Below the pieces are notes generated by a model. That model was given only the letters and a program-made list of their open reading frames with translations. It did no database searches and had not been told where the DNA came from. A DNA stretch of 64,000 nucleotides from an uncultured Coriobacteriales bacterium (GTDB taxonomy: Bacteria > Actinomycetota > Coriobacteriia > Coriobacteriales > QAMH01): positions 16,500 to 80,499 of the forward strand of contig CAKUES010000003.1 in the NCBI GenBank assembly GCA_934646835.1, read 5' to 3'. A program made the position numbers and the translations under genes. Below are positions 19,300 through 28,091 of this stretch, in pieces (the stretch's first letter is position 1; each line of letters starts with the position of its first letter).

Positions 19300-20679
19300 C
19301 TACTTCAAGAACATGCGGATGAGCTTGGCCTTGCCATTGCTGTAGGGCTGGTAGCGCATCGGCAGATCGAGGCGGCCCTTCTTCAGCACGCTCTTGGTGT
19401 GGGAGAAGGTCTCGAAGCTTTTGTGGCCGTGGTAGCTGCCCATGCCGGAGTTGCCGACGCCGCCAAAGCCCATCTTGCTCGTGGCGATGTGGACGATGGT
19501 GTCGTTGATGCAGCCGCCGCCAAAGGGCACATGGCGCATGAAGCGCTCTTGCAGTGCGCGGTCGTTGCTAAAGAGGTAGAGCGCCAGCGGCTTCTCGTGA
19601 GCCTTAATGAAATCCTCGGCCTCTTTGGGACCGCTCACCTTGAGGATGGGGCACAGCGGCCCAAAGATCTCCTCGCCCATGACGGCATCGTCATCGGTCA
19701 CCCCAACCATGATGGTCGGCTCGATTCGCAGCGCCTTATCGTCGCTGCGACCGCCGTAGACAACTTTGTCCTCGTCGATGAGGCCGCGTACGCGCTCGTA
19801 GTGCTTGCGGTTGACGATCTTTCCGTAGTTGGGGTTGACAAGCGCGTCTTTGCCGTACATCTTGGCGACCTCTGCCTTGAACAGCTCGACGAACTCATCG
19901 TGCACGCTTTCGTCGCATAGCACGTAGTCAGGTGCGATGCAGGTTTGGCCCACGTTGAGCCACTTGCCAAAGGCAAGGCGCGTTGCCGCGAGTTCGAGGT
20001 CACAGTCGCGTGTGATGACGCAGGGGCTCTTGCCGCCCAGCTCCAGGCTGATCGGGGTGAGAAAACGGCTTGCCTTGCTCATCACGAGTTTGCCCACGCT
20101 GGGGCTGCCGGTGAAGAAGATATAGTCCCAGCGCTGCTCGAGGAGGATGGAGTTCTCCTCGCGCCCGCCCAGGATGCAGGTAACGTGAGCCGGGTCGAAG
20201 ACCTCCGCGATGATGCTCGCCATGCAGTCGCTGGTGGCGGGGCTGTAGGCGCTCGGCTTCACAACGCAGCAGTTGCCAGCGGCGACGGCGCCGATGAGCG
20301 GCTCGATGGTGAGCAGGAAGGGATAGTTCCACGGACTCATGACGAGCACTTCGCCGTAGGGTTCTGCCACGGTGCGGTACATGCTCGGGAAGTTGGCAAG
20401 GTCGCTTGCGACGCGCTGGGGCTTGGCCCACTTGCGCACGTGCTTGAGCTGGCAGGAGAGTTCGCTGAGCGTGAGGCCCACCTCGCACATGTAGCTCTCG
20501 AAGGCGGATTTGCCCAGGTCTGCCTGGATTGCCGCGTTGATCTCTGCCTCGCGGCGTTTGATGACGGCTTGCAGCTTGCGCAGCGACTTGATGCGGAAGT
20601 CGACGTCGATGGTGGCGCCGGAGGCGAAGAACGCCTGCTGGGCTTGCATGATCTTGGCGATGTGCTCTTGTGTTGCCAT
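19300..20679 (-). CDS. NAD(P)-dependent aldehyde dehydrogenase (ALDH3-like)
   Basis: 459 aa. FTGS, ELGGKSP, catalytic Cys region GQTCIAPDY, and EEIFGP. Confidence 0.9.
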   Translation of the reverse strand: MATQEHIAKIMQAQQAFFASGATIDVDFRIKSLRKLQAVIKRREAEINAAIQADLGKSAFESYMCEVGLTLSELSCQLKHVRKWAKPQRVASDLANFPSMYRTVAEPYGEVLVMSPWNYPFLLTIEPLIGAVAAGNCCVVKPSAYSPATSDCMASIIAEVFDPAHVTCILGGREENSILLEQRWDYIFFTGSPSVGKLVMSKASRFLTPISLELGGKSPCVITRDCDLELAATRLAFGKWLNVGQTCIAPDYVLCDESVHDEFVELFKAEVAKMYGKDALVNPNYGKIVNRKHYERVRGLIDEDKVVYGGRSDDKALRIEPTIMVGVTDDDAVMGEEIFGPLCPILKVSGPKEAEDFIKAHEKPLALYLFSNDRALQERFMRHVPFGGGCINDTIVHIATSKMGFGGVGNSGMGSYHGHKSFETFSHTKSVLKKGRLDLPMRYQPYSNGKAKLIRMFLK

Positions 20680-20745
20680 GTGAATCCTCTTGTGTGTCTA
20701 GCTATGCGTGTTGAGCTTGCGGGTTTTGAATCTGTGCCGCAGGCA

Positions 20746-21945
20746 TTACGCCATGATCTTACGGTAGACCTCCATGAGCTCGCAGGTGTCCATGAGCTTT
20801 GGTACAGGATACAGCGGGTTGGCCTCCGCGTTGGCGTGACGTGCCATCATCGGGATGTCCTCCTCGCGGATTCCTTCGAGAACCGAGGGGATGTCCATGG
20901 AGGCGTTGAGGTCTTTGAACCACTGGATGAAGTATGCGCTGGCCTCGGCGTCGCTTGCGTTCTCCGCAGCTACGCCGGACTTTCGTGCCAATTCTCCCAG
21001 ACGCTTGTGGCAGCTCTCGCCGTACATTTCGAGGATATGGGGGCAGATGACCGCGTTGGCCAGCCCATGCGGTGTCCCGTACTGGCCGCCCAGACTGTGG
21101 GCGACGGCATGCACGTAGCCGACGTAGCTTTTGGAGAACGCGAGGCCTGCGCGGTTGGCGGCGTGCAGCATGGCGGTGCGCGCCTCTTGGTTGCGCGGCT
21201 CGTCGTAGGCGAGCTTGAGGTAGCGGCGGATGAGGTCGACCGCTTCGATGGCGCATGCGCGCGTTTCCTTGGTCGTGGAGCGGCCGATGTAGGCCTCCAC
21301 GGCGTGGACGAGCGCGTCGATGCCGGTCGTTGCGGTAATCGTCTTGGGCAAGCCGACGGTGGTGCGCCAGTCGAGGACCGCGTAGCTCGGGATGAGCGGG
21401 AAATCGTTGATCGGGTACTTGTAGTGCGTCTCGTCATCGGTGATGACGGCGGCAAGCGTTGTCTCGCTGCCGGTGCCGGCGGTGGTGGGCACGGCCATGA
21501 GCAACGGCGTCTTGCGCAGCACCTTAAGGATGCCGCGCATCTTGTGCACGGGCTTGCGCGGGCGGGCGATGCGCGCGCCGCAGGCCTTGGCGCAGTCCAT
21601 GGAGCTTCCGCCGCCAAAGGCGATGATGCAGTCGCAGCCATGGTCGAGGTAGAGCAGGCGTGCGGCTTCGACGTTGGAGACGGTGGGGTTGGGCACGGTC
21701 TCGTCGTAGACGATGAAGTCGATGTCGCGGCGCGCGAGCGCTGCCTTGAGCCCGTCGACGAGGCCGAGTCCGTGAATGGACTTGTCGGTGACGATGAGGG
21801 CATTTTTCTTGTTGTGGTAGACCAGCGTCGCCGCTGCCATGTCGACTGACTTGAGGACCTGCGGGTCGCGGTAGGGGAGCAGGGGCAGCGCGAGCTTGAA
21901 CACCGTCTGCACGGCGCGGCATCCTGCGGATTTGAGCGGGTTCAT
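20746..21945 (-). CDS. iron-containing alcohol dehydrogenase
   Basis: 399 aa. GGGSSMDCAKA, TTAGTGSE, and a His cluster HAVAHSLGGQYGTPHG. Confidence 0.9.
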   Translation of the reverse strand: MNPLKSAGCRAVQTVFKLALPLLPYRDPQVLKSVDMAAATLVYHNKKNALIVTDKSIHGLGLVDGLKAALARRDIDFIVYDETVPNPTVSNVEAARLLYLDHGCDCIIAFGGGSSMDCAKACGARIARPRKPVHKMRGILKVLRKTPLLMAVPTTAGTGSETTLAAVITDDETHYKYPINDFPLIPSYAVLDWRTTVGLPKTITATTGIDALVHAVEAYIGRSTTKETRACAIEAVDLIRRYLKLAYDEPRNQEARTAMLHAANRAGLAFSKSYVGYVHAVAHSLGGQYGTPHGLANAVICPHILEMYGESCHKRLGELARKSGVAAENASDAEASAYFIQWFKDLNASMDIPSVLEGIREEDIPMMARHANAEANPLYPVPKLMDTCELMEVYRKIMA

Positions 21946-21971
21946 GGTGGTAGATCGCCTTCGTTCCTAGT

Positions 21972-21990
21972 TACTTAGAGTATCTAAGTA
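21972..21990. promoter_or_regulatory. candidate operator: TACTTAG-N5-CTAAGTA dyad (contains a T-N11-A core) upstream of adh
   Basis: Perfect 7-bp inverted repeat 27-45 nt upstream of the adh start, in a divergent intergenic region. Confidence 0.35.
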
Positions 21991-22128
21991 TATGAAATCT
22001 GCGGCCAGCATGCTCCCTGCTGTGTTTTTGTGCGCAAAGTGGCGAGCCGGAACCGTGCCTTTGCCCGTATCGCCTTTTTTCTTTATGGAGTAGAATGTCG
22101 AGGCTTTGGTTTTTCGAGGGGGAGAGCT

Positions 22129-23088
22129 ATGGGAGACACTGCGACCAACAACGCCAACCGCGTCGTCAGGGGATGCATCTGCGCCATTATCGGCGCCGTG
22201 TGCTGGGGTTTTTCTGCTACCTGCGCGAGTTACCTCATGCATACCTTCGGCATGAGCGTCACCTGGCTCGTGAGCATGCGCCTTATCATCACAGGCACGA
22301 TGTTTCTCATCTTCTCGCTCATCACGGCGCGCGATAAGGTGCTCTTGCTGGTGCGTGACAGGCGATTGCTGGTCAATACGATCGTTTTCGCCATCTTTGG
22401 CATGATGTGCATCCAGGTCAGCTACATGCAGGCGGTCAAGTACGCTGGCGCGGGTGTCGCGCTGCTCTTGCAGGAGACTGGCGTCGTCATGGTCATGCTC
22501 TACACCTGCGTAATGCAGCGCCGCCTGCCCTACCGCAGCGAGGTCGCCGCGATCGTCTTGGCGATGGCGGGCGTCTTCTGCATCGCCACGCAGGGCAACC
22601 TCAGCTCCCTTGGCATTCCGTTTCTGGGCCTGACCTGGGGCTTGATCTCCGGCGTCTGCATCGCGGCCTACAACATCATTCCGGTTAAAGTCCTCGACAA
22701 GTGCGGCTCCCTGCCGCTCAACGGCATCGGCATGCCCATCGCCGCCGTGCTCTTCTTGCCCATCGGCCAGCCGTGGAACGTTCCCTCCATGCCCTGGCAG
22801 GGTTGGGCAGGTCTTGCCGCCGTCTGCATCATCGGCACCTTCATCGCCTATCTCGCCTACCTACAGGGCGTCAAGGATGCGGGCCCCGTCAAGGCGGGTC
22901 TCGTCGGCATGCTCGAGCCGGTCAGCGGCATGGCCTTCTCCTTCATCTGGCTGCATGAGGCCATCACCCTGTATGACGCCATCGGCTGCGTGTTGATCTT
23001 TGGGATGCTCGCCTTGGTCTCCAAGCCTACGGGCGATGAGGGAGAAGCTGCCGAGCAAGAGACCGACGAGGCCGAGCAGAAGGGCTAG
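22129..23088 (+). CDS. EamA/DMT-family transporter
   Basis: ORF 22030..23088 trimmed to ATG 22129 (GGGGGAGAG SD). About ten hydrophobic helices in two EamA-like halves. Confidence 0.8.
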   Translation: MGDTATNNANRVVRGCICAIIGAVCWGFSATCASYLMHTFGMSVTWLVSMRLIITGTMFLIFSLITARDKVLLLVRDRRLLVNTIVFAIFGMMCIQVSYMQAVKYAGAGVALLLQETGVVMVMLYTCVMQRRLPYRSEVAAIVLAMAGVFCIATQGNLSSLGIPFLGLTWGLISGVCIAAYNIIPVKVLDKCGSLPLNGIGMPIAAVLFLPIGQPWNVPSMPWQGWAGLAAVCIIGTFIAYLAYLQGVKDAGPVKAGLVGMLEPVSGMAFSFIWLHEAITLYDAIGCVLIFGMLALVSKPTGDEGEAAEQETDEAEQKG

Positions 23089-23168
23089 CTGACAGAGTGA
23101 GGGCACGTGTAAGCTTGCCATCGGAAAAACCGATGGCGACGAGCCAGAAATGCTAATTGCCGCAGCTA

Positions 23169-23197
23169 TTGAATGGCTCTCTGTGTCGGGGTAGTAT
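23169..23197 (+). promoter_or_regulatory. candidate sigma-70-type promoter of metQ
   Basis: TTGAAT, then a 17-nt spacer, then TAGTAT, about 87 nt upstream of the metQ ATG. Confidence 0.45.
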
Positions 23198-23283
23198 GCA
23201 TTCTCGTCAAACGACGAACGCAAAGTTCGAGGTCATTCGAGTCAAAGGGACGGATGACTGAAGCTCTACAGGGAGGAAACACT

Positions 23284-24147
23284 ATGAAATTCTTCAATAC
23301 CAAGACATTCAAGGCGGTTGCCGCAATCGCAGGCACCGCAGCCCTGGTCGGCGCTCTGGCACTGACCGGTTGCGGCGGCAACTCCGGCACCTCCGGCGAC
23401 AACGCTGCAGATGCAGCCGACAAGACCATCACCGTCGGCGCAAGCCCCACGCCCCATGCAGAGATCCTCAACGCAGTTAAGGACGATCTGGCCAAGGAAG
23501 GCTACACCCTCGAGGTGACCGAGTTCTCCGACTACGTCCAGCCCAACACCGCTGTTGAGAACGGCGACCTGGATGCCAACTACTTCCAGCACATCAACTA
23601 CCTGGACACCTTCAACGAGGAGCAGGGTACTCACCTGAAGTCCGTCGGCTACGTCCACTACGAGCCCTTCGGCCTGTACGCTGGCAAGTCCAAGAGCCTT
23701 GCTGACATCAAGGACGGTGCCACCATCGCTGTTCCCAACGACACCACCAACGAGGCGCGCGCCCTGCTCCTGCTGCAGCAGGAGGGCCTGATCACCCTCA
23801 AGGAGGGCGTTGGCGTCAAGGCTACCCCCAAGGACATCGTCGACAACCCCCACAACATCAAGTTCAAGGAGCTTGAGGCTGCCCAGGTTTCCCGCTCCCT
23901 CGAGGATGTCGACTACGCAGTCATCAACGGCAACTTCGCTTTGCAAGCTGACCTGAAGATCTCCGACGCACTGGCTACCGAGTCCTCCGAGGGTGAGGCT
24001 GCACAGCAGTACGGCAACGTCCTGGTCGTCAAGGAGGGCAATGAGAACGAGGAGAAGATCCAGGCTCTCTACAAGGCCCTGACCTCCGAGACCGCCAAGA
24101 CCTTCATGAACGATACCTTCAACGGCGCAGTCGTCCCCCTGTTCTAA
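23284..24147 (+). CDS. metQ: methionine ABC transporter substrate-binding lipoprotein (MetQ/NlpA family)
   Basis: ORF trimmed to ATG 23284 (GGGAGGA SD). Lipobox ALALTGC. NlpA-family blocks VGASPTPHAEIL, NYFQH, PND. Confidence 0.9.
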   Translation: MKFFNTKTFKAVAAIAGTAALVGALALTGCGGNSGTSGDNAADAADKTITVGASPTPHAEILNAVKDDLAKEGYTLEVTEFSDYVQPNTAVENGDLDANYFQHINYLDTFNEEQGTHLKSVGYVHYEPFGLYAGKSKSLADIKDGATIAVPNDTTNEARALLLLQQEGLITLKEGVGVKATPKDIVDNPHNIKFKELEAAQVSRSLEDVDYAVINGNFALQADLKISDALATESSEGEAAQQYGNVLVVKEGNENEEKIQALYKALTSETAKTFMNDTFNGAVVPLF

Positions 24148-24172
24148 TCAGCTAGGACACAAGGTCGATGAC

Positions 24173-24214
24173 AGAGCCCGTCGCAAGCAAGCGGCGGGCT
24201 CTTCTATTTCTCTT
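24173..24214 (+). terminator. rho-independent terminator after metQ
   Basis: AGAGCCCGTCGC / GCGGCGGGCTCT stem with one G-U pair, followed by a T-rich TCTATTTCTCTT. Confidence 0.65.
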
Positions 24215-24423
24215 GGATCGTCTTGTCAGCTATCGCTTTTGTCTATCGCCTGCAATCGGAAAATGTTGTAGACCGTACTGCGAACAAGAAAACAAAGTGG
24301 CTCTGAACGGGGAGAATCGGTGTTATCGTATCGTCCTATGGGTTTTGATGGCCATAGTTGCTCTATATAGCCAGAGCATGCCGCAGGACCCGAGCAACAC
24401 TGAAGCAAATGCAAGGAAAGCAT

Positions 24424-25197
24424 ATGATCGAACTCAAAAACATTACCAAGGTGTACGACACCAACGAGGGCGAGTTCAAGGCCCTCGACAACGTGTCCCT
24501 CACCGTTAACGACGGTGATGTCTTCGGCATCATCGGCGAGTCTGGTGCTGGCAAGTCCACGCTCGTGCGCCACATCAACCTGCTCGAGCGCCCCACTTCC
24601 GGCCAGGTCCTCATCGACGGCGTCGACGTCACCGGCTACAAGGGCAAGCAGTTGCGCGAGCTGCGCGCCGGCATCGGCATGATCTTCCAGGGATTCTCCC
24701 TCTACCAGCAGCGCACCGTGCTTCAAAACGTTATGTTCCCGCTGGAGCTGCAGCACGTCTCCAAGGCAGAGGCAAAGAAGCGCGCAGAAGAGCTGCTCGA
24801 GATCGTCGGTCTGGCCGACAAGACCACCCGCTATCCCAGCGAGCTGTCCGGTGGCCAGCAGCAGCGCGTCGCCATCGCCCGCGCCCTTGCCAACAGGCCC
24901 AAGATCATGCTCTGCGACGAGGCTACGAGCGCGCTCGACAGCCGCACCACGGTCCAGATCCTCAACCTGCTCGACGACATCAACAAGCGCCTGGGTGTCA
25001 CCATCGTCCTCATCACGCACTCGATGTCCGTCGCCCGCCAGGCTTGCAAGCACATCGCCGTCCTCGACCACGGTCACGTGGTGGAGCAGGGCGAGACCGG
25101 GGCCGTGTTCTCCAACCCGCAGTCCGAGGCAGCTCAGGCCATTCTCGCTCACCACGAGGGTCGCGAGACCGACGCAGAGAAAGGCCAGGTGATTTAA
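24424..25197 (+). CDS. metN: methionine ABC transporter ATP-binding protein (short form, no C-terminal NIL domain visible)
   Basis: ORF trimmed to ATG 24424. Walker A GESGAGKST, signature LSGGQQQRVAIARAL, Walker B MLCDEATSALD. The protein is ~257 aa. Confidence 0.85.
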   Translation: MIELKNITKVYDTNEGEFKALDNVSLTVNDGDVFGIIGESGAGKSTLVRHINLLERPTSGQVLIDGVDVTGYKGKQLRELRAGIGMIFQGFSLYQQRTVLQNVMFPLELQHVSKAEAKKRAEELLEIVGLADKTTRYPSELSGGQQQRVAIARALANRPKIMLCDEATSALDSRTTVQILNLLDDINKRLGVTIVLITHSMSVARQACKHIAVLDHGHVVEQGETGAVFSNPQSEAAQAILAHHEGRETDAEKGQVI

Positions 25198-25932
25198 GTG
25201 GATTTCCTCGCTAACTACTTCGCCGAATACGGCGACCTGTTCTTGCAGGGTACGATCGACTCCACGATCATGACCTGCGTGTCCTGCATCCTGGCCTACG
25301 TGATCGGCCTGCCCGTGGGCATCTGGTTCAACGCGACCACGCCCAACGGCATCCGCCCCAACGCAGCCGTCAACTTCATCCTCGGCTGGGTCATCAACAT
25401 CCTGCGCGCGCTGCCGTTCATCATCTTGATGGTGGCCATCCAGCCCTTTACGCGTATGATCGTCGGCACTTCCCTGGGCGTTGCCGCGGCTTGCGTGCCT
25501 TTGACGATCACAGCGGCCCCCTTCGTCGCACGTATCGTCGAGCAGTCCCTGGCTGAGGTCGACGCCGGTATCGTCGAGGCCACCCGCTCCTTCGGTGCGA
25601 CTGACTGGCAGATCATCAAGGTGCTCATCCGCGAGTCTTTGCCGTCTCTCATCCGCGGTGGCGCGATCACCTTCGTCACGCTGTTTGGCTTCGTGGCCAT
25701 GGCAGGTGCCATCGGTGCCGGCGGCCTGGGCGATATCGCCATCCGCTATGGCTACCAGCGCTTCATGCCGGACGTCATGATCGGCGCCATCATCCTCTGC
25801 GTCATCTTCATCGTCGTCTTCCAGGTCATCGGCGACACGGCTTCCGCCAAGCTCGACCACCGCAAGACCATCAACGGCAAGGGCAAGAAGCGCAAGGGCA
25901 AGTCCTCGTCTTCTCTGCCTGTCGTGCAGTAG
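25198..25932 (+). CDS. metI: methionine ABC transporter permease
   Basis: GTG start abuts the metN stop. Five or six TM helices and an EAA-like loop (VEATRSFGATDWQII). Confidence 0.85.
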   Translation: MDFLANYFAEYGDLFLQGTIDSTIMTCVSCILAYVIGLPVGIWFNATTPNGIRPNAAVNFILGWVINILRALPFIILMVAIQPFTRMIVGTSLGVAAACVPLTITAAPFVARIVEQSLAEVDAGIVEATRSFGATDWQIIKVLIRESLPSLIRGGAITFVTLFGFVAMAGAIGAGGLGDIAIRYGYQRFMPDVMIGAIILCVIFIVVFQVIGDTASAKLDHRKTINGKGKKRKGKSSSSLPVVQ

Positions 25933-26053
25933 TGCCACTCATCGATAGCTGCAAAGCAAAGCGCCCTGCTCGGTATCATGCCGAGCGGGGCGCTTTTTTC
26001 GTTGCGGTGGTTGGCCAACATTGACAATGATCGGTGTCCCATTTGGGACGCCG

Positions 26054-26158
26054 ATGACACACTTTGTGCCAGTGACATTGTGTGTCATGCCATAGAGCCG
26101 CAGGATATCCCCGAGCCTTCTGCATGACACACAATGTCACTGGCACAAAGTGTGTCAT
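26054..26158. repeat. family-1 repeat, long form (spacer centred on GATATC)
   Basis: Base-for-base identical to 48886..48990. Lies between convergent metI and the U32 gene. Confidence 0.9.
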
Positions 26159-26169
26159 CCCCAAGCCTC

Positions 26170-27393
26170 CTAGCGCTTAACCCTGATGATGTCGTGGGGT
26201 GCGAGCGCGATGTTACTGGTTGCGCGGTAGAGCTCGTTGGTGCGGTTGGCGACGTCAGTGGGGAAGGGCTCTTCGTCCTCCTTGCCGCCGATGAACTCCA
26301 TGTCGCGCAGCTCGACGGGCTGGACGGGTTTGTGGGGGCTCATGAGCTCCATGGTCGCGCCGATCTCGAAGCGGTTGCGGCAGCGCAGCTCGCAGATGTA
26401 GCCTCCGTCAGCAGGCTCGCAGCTCAAGACCTCTGCTGCCCACTCCCACTGGCGGATGTAGTCGACGCTGGCGTGCGTCTGGTGCGCGGGGCCAAAGTAG
26501 AAGCCCGTGCCATAGGGGCGGTGGCTCACGGTCTCGAGCTCGGCCGCAAAGTCCGCTGCGTCGGCTCCATCGAGCACCTGGCGGTACGCGTTGACGACGG
26601 TGGCGACGTAGTAAGCCTTCTTGTTGCGGCCCTCGATCTTGATGGAGTCGATGCCGGCAGCTGCCATCTCATGCACATGGGCGAGCATGTTCATGTCCTG
26701 CGCGTTCATGATGTAGGTGCCGTTGTCATCCTCCTCCACGCCGTAGTACTCGCCAGGGCGCTTCTCCTCGACAAGCGCGTAGCTCCAACGACAGCTCTGA
26801 GCGCAATGGCCGCGCAGCGCGCTGCGGCCGGTGGTGTAGTCGCTGATGAGGCAGCGGCCGGAGTAGGCCATGCACATGGCGCCGTGGGCGAAGGCCTCGA
26901 GCTCGAGGTCTGCGGGCAGCTTTGCGCGCATAGCGGCGATATCGGCCAGGGAGAGCTCGCGGGCGCAGACGATGCGCTTGGCACCGAGCTCGTACCACAT
27001 GAGGGCCGCCTCGGCGTTGGAGACGCTTGCCTGCGTGCTCACGTGGATGGCGACATTTGGGGCCACGCGCCTTGCAACGCGCAGTGCACCCAAGTCGCCG
27101 ATGATGAGCGCGTCGACTCCTGCGGCGGCTAGCGCAGCCAGGTAATGCTCGAGCTCCTCGAAGTCGTGCTCGTGCATGACGATATTGCAGGTCACGTGCA
27201 CGTCGACGCCGCGCTCGTGCGCATAGGCGACGACCTGCGGCATCTCCTCGAGAGAGAAGTTGCACGCACGCGCTCGCATGCCAAACTTGTCGCAGGCAAG
27301 GTAGACCGCATCCGCGCCAAAGCGGATGGCATACTCGAGCTGCTCCCAGCCGCCTGCCGGCGCGAGGAGCTCAGGCTTCTTGGTTTGTTGCAT
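26170..27393 (-). CDS. U32-family peptidase-like protein (TrhP/RlhA-type)
   Basis: ORF 26170..27531 trimmed to ATG 27393 (MQQTKKPELLAPAGGWEQL...). U32 blocks are GADAVY, a HVSTQ-like segment, and EAFAHGAMCMAYSGRC. The start overlaps the upstream stop (TAATG). Confidence 0.85.
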   Translation of the reverse strand: MQQTKKPELLAPAGGWEQLEYAIRFGADAVYLACDKFGMRARACNFSLEEMPQVVAYAHERGVDVHVTCNIVMHEHDFEELEHYLAALAAAGVDALIIGDLGALRVARRVAPNVAIHVSTQASVSNAEAALMWYELGAKRIVCARELSLADIAAMRAKLPADLELEAFAHGAMCMAYSGRCLISDYTTGRSALRGHCAQSCRWSYALVEEKRPGEYYGVEEDDNGTYIMNAQDMNMLAHVHEMAAAGIDSIKIEGRNKKAYYVATVVNAYRQVLDGADAADFAAELETVSHRPYGTGFYFGPAHQTHASVDYIRQWEWAAEVLSCEPADGGYICELRCRNRFEIGATMELMSPHKPVQPVELRDMEFIGGKEDEEPFPTDVANRTNELYRATSNIALAPHDIIRVKR

Positions 27394-28091
27394 TAAAAGA
27401 CCAACCCGGGGAAGTGGACGGTGAACATGGCGATTGCAGCTACCACGAGGTAGCTCGCAAAGAACGGCAGCTTCTTGTTGGGAGCCGCCTTCATGTAGAG
27501 CGCGCCGATCAAAGCGGCGATGAGCGCGCAAGGGAGGTTCATGTAGCCCATGAGCACTGCGCTGAAAAAGACGAGTGCGAGGTCGGTGCTGTCAAAGGGG
27601 AGCTTCCAGGCGCCCTTCTTCCAGATGAGTGCGGAGCCGATAATCGTCATGAGGATGCCTCCGATGGCGCCCAGTGCGACCGGCACGACCGTGGCAGAGA
27701 AGATGTTGCCCATGACGAGCGAGTAGATGCGGCTTGCGACGCCGACGATGAAGAGCAAGACCGTGATGACGGCGACTGCGGTATTGTAGCCCTTGGAGCC
27801 GGCGAAGACGACCTCGCCATCGAGCTGATGGCCTTCCGTCTGCTCGCGTTCGTCATCCCAACGCTTGTGGGCGCGCTGTTTCTCTGTCGTGCCGTCCTCG
27901 TCGACAACCTCGGCCTCGACGTCGATGGGTGTATCGTCTTGCTGCGGCTGGCTGGTGCCGAACATGTCGTCAAAGGGCGAGCTATAGCCCTGGCTCTCGC
28001 CGGCAGCGCGACGAGACTCCTCTGCGAAGCTGCGCGCAGCAGCCTGGCCCAAGAGGCGGAAGAGGATGTTGGCCATCGGGTTGTAATACAT
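27393..28091 (-). CDS. hypothetical membrane protein (acidic cytoplasmic N-terminus + ~4 TM helices)
   Basis: 232 aa, no recognisable motif. It sits with no gap between the HAD and U32 genes on the same strand. Confidence 0.6.
   Translation of the reverse strand: MYYNPMANILFRLLGQAAARSFAEESRRAAGESQGYSSPFDDMFGTSQPQQDDTPIDVEAEVVDEDGTTEKQRAHKRWDDEREQTEGHQLDGEVVFAGSKGYNTAVAVITVLLFIVGVASRIYSLVMGNIFSATVVPVALGAIGGILMTIIGSALIWKKGAWKLPFDSTDLALVFFSAVLMGYMNLPCALIAALIGALYMKAAPNKKLPFFASYLVVAAIAMFTVHFPGLVF

Noticed and set aside
23198-23283. A SAM-type riboswitch in the ~85-nt metQ leader.
   Set aside because: I could not find the conserved SAM-I, SAM-IV or SAM-II cores. A weak resemblance to the SAM-VI start (GCAUU) is insufficient. 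A covariance-model scan is needed before any claim.
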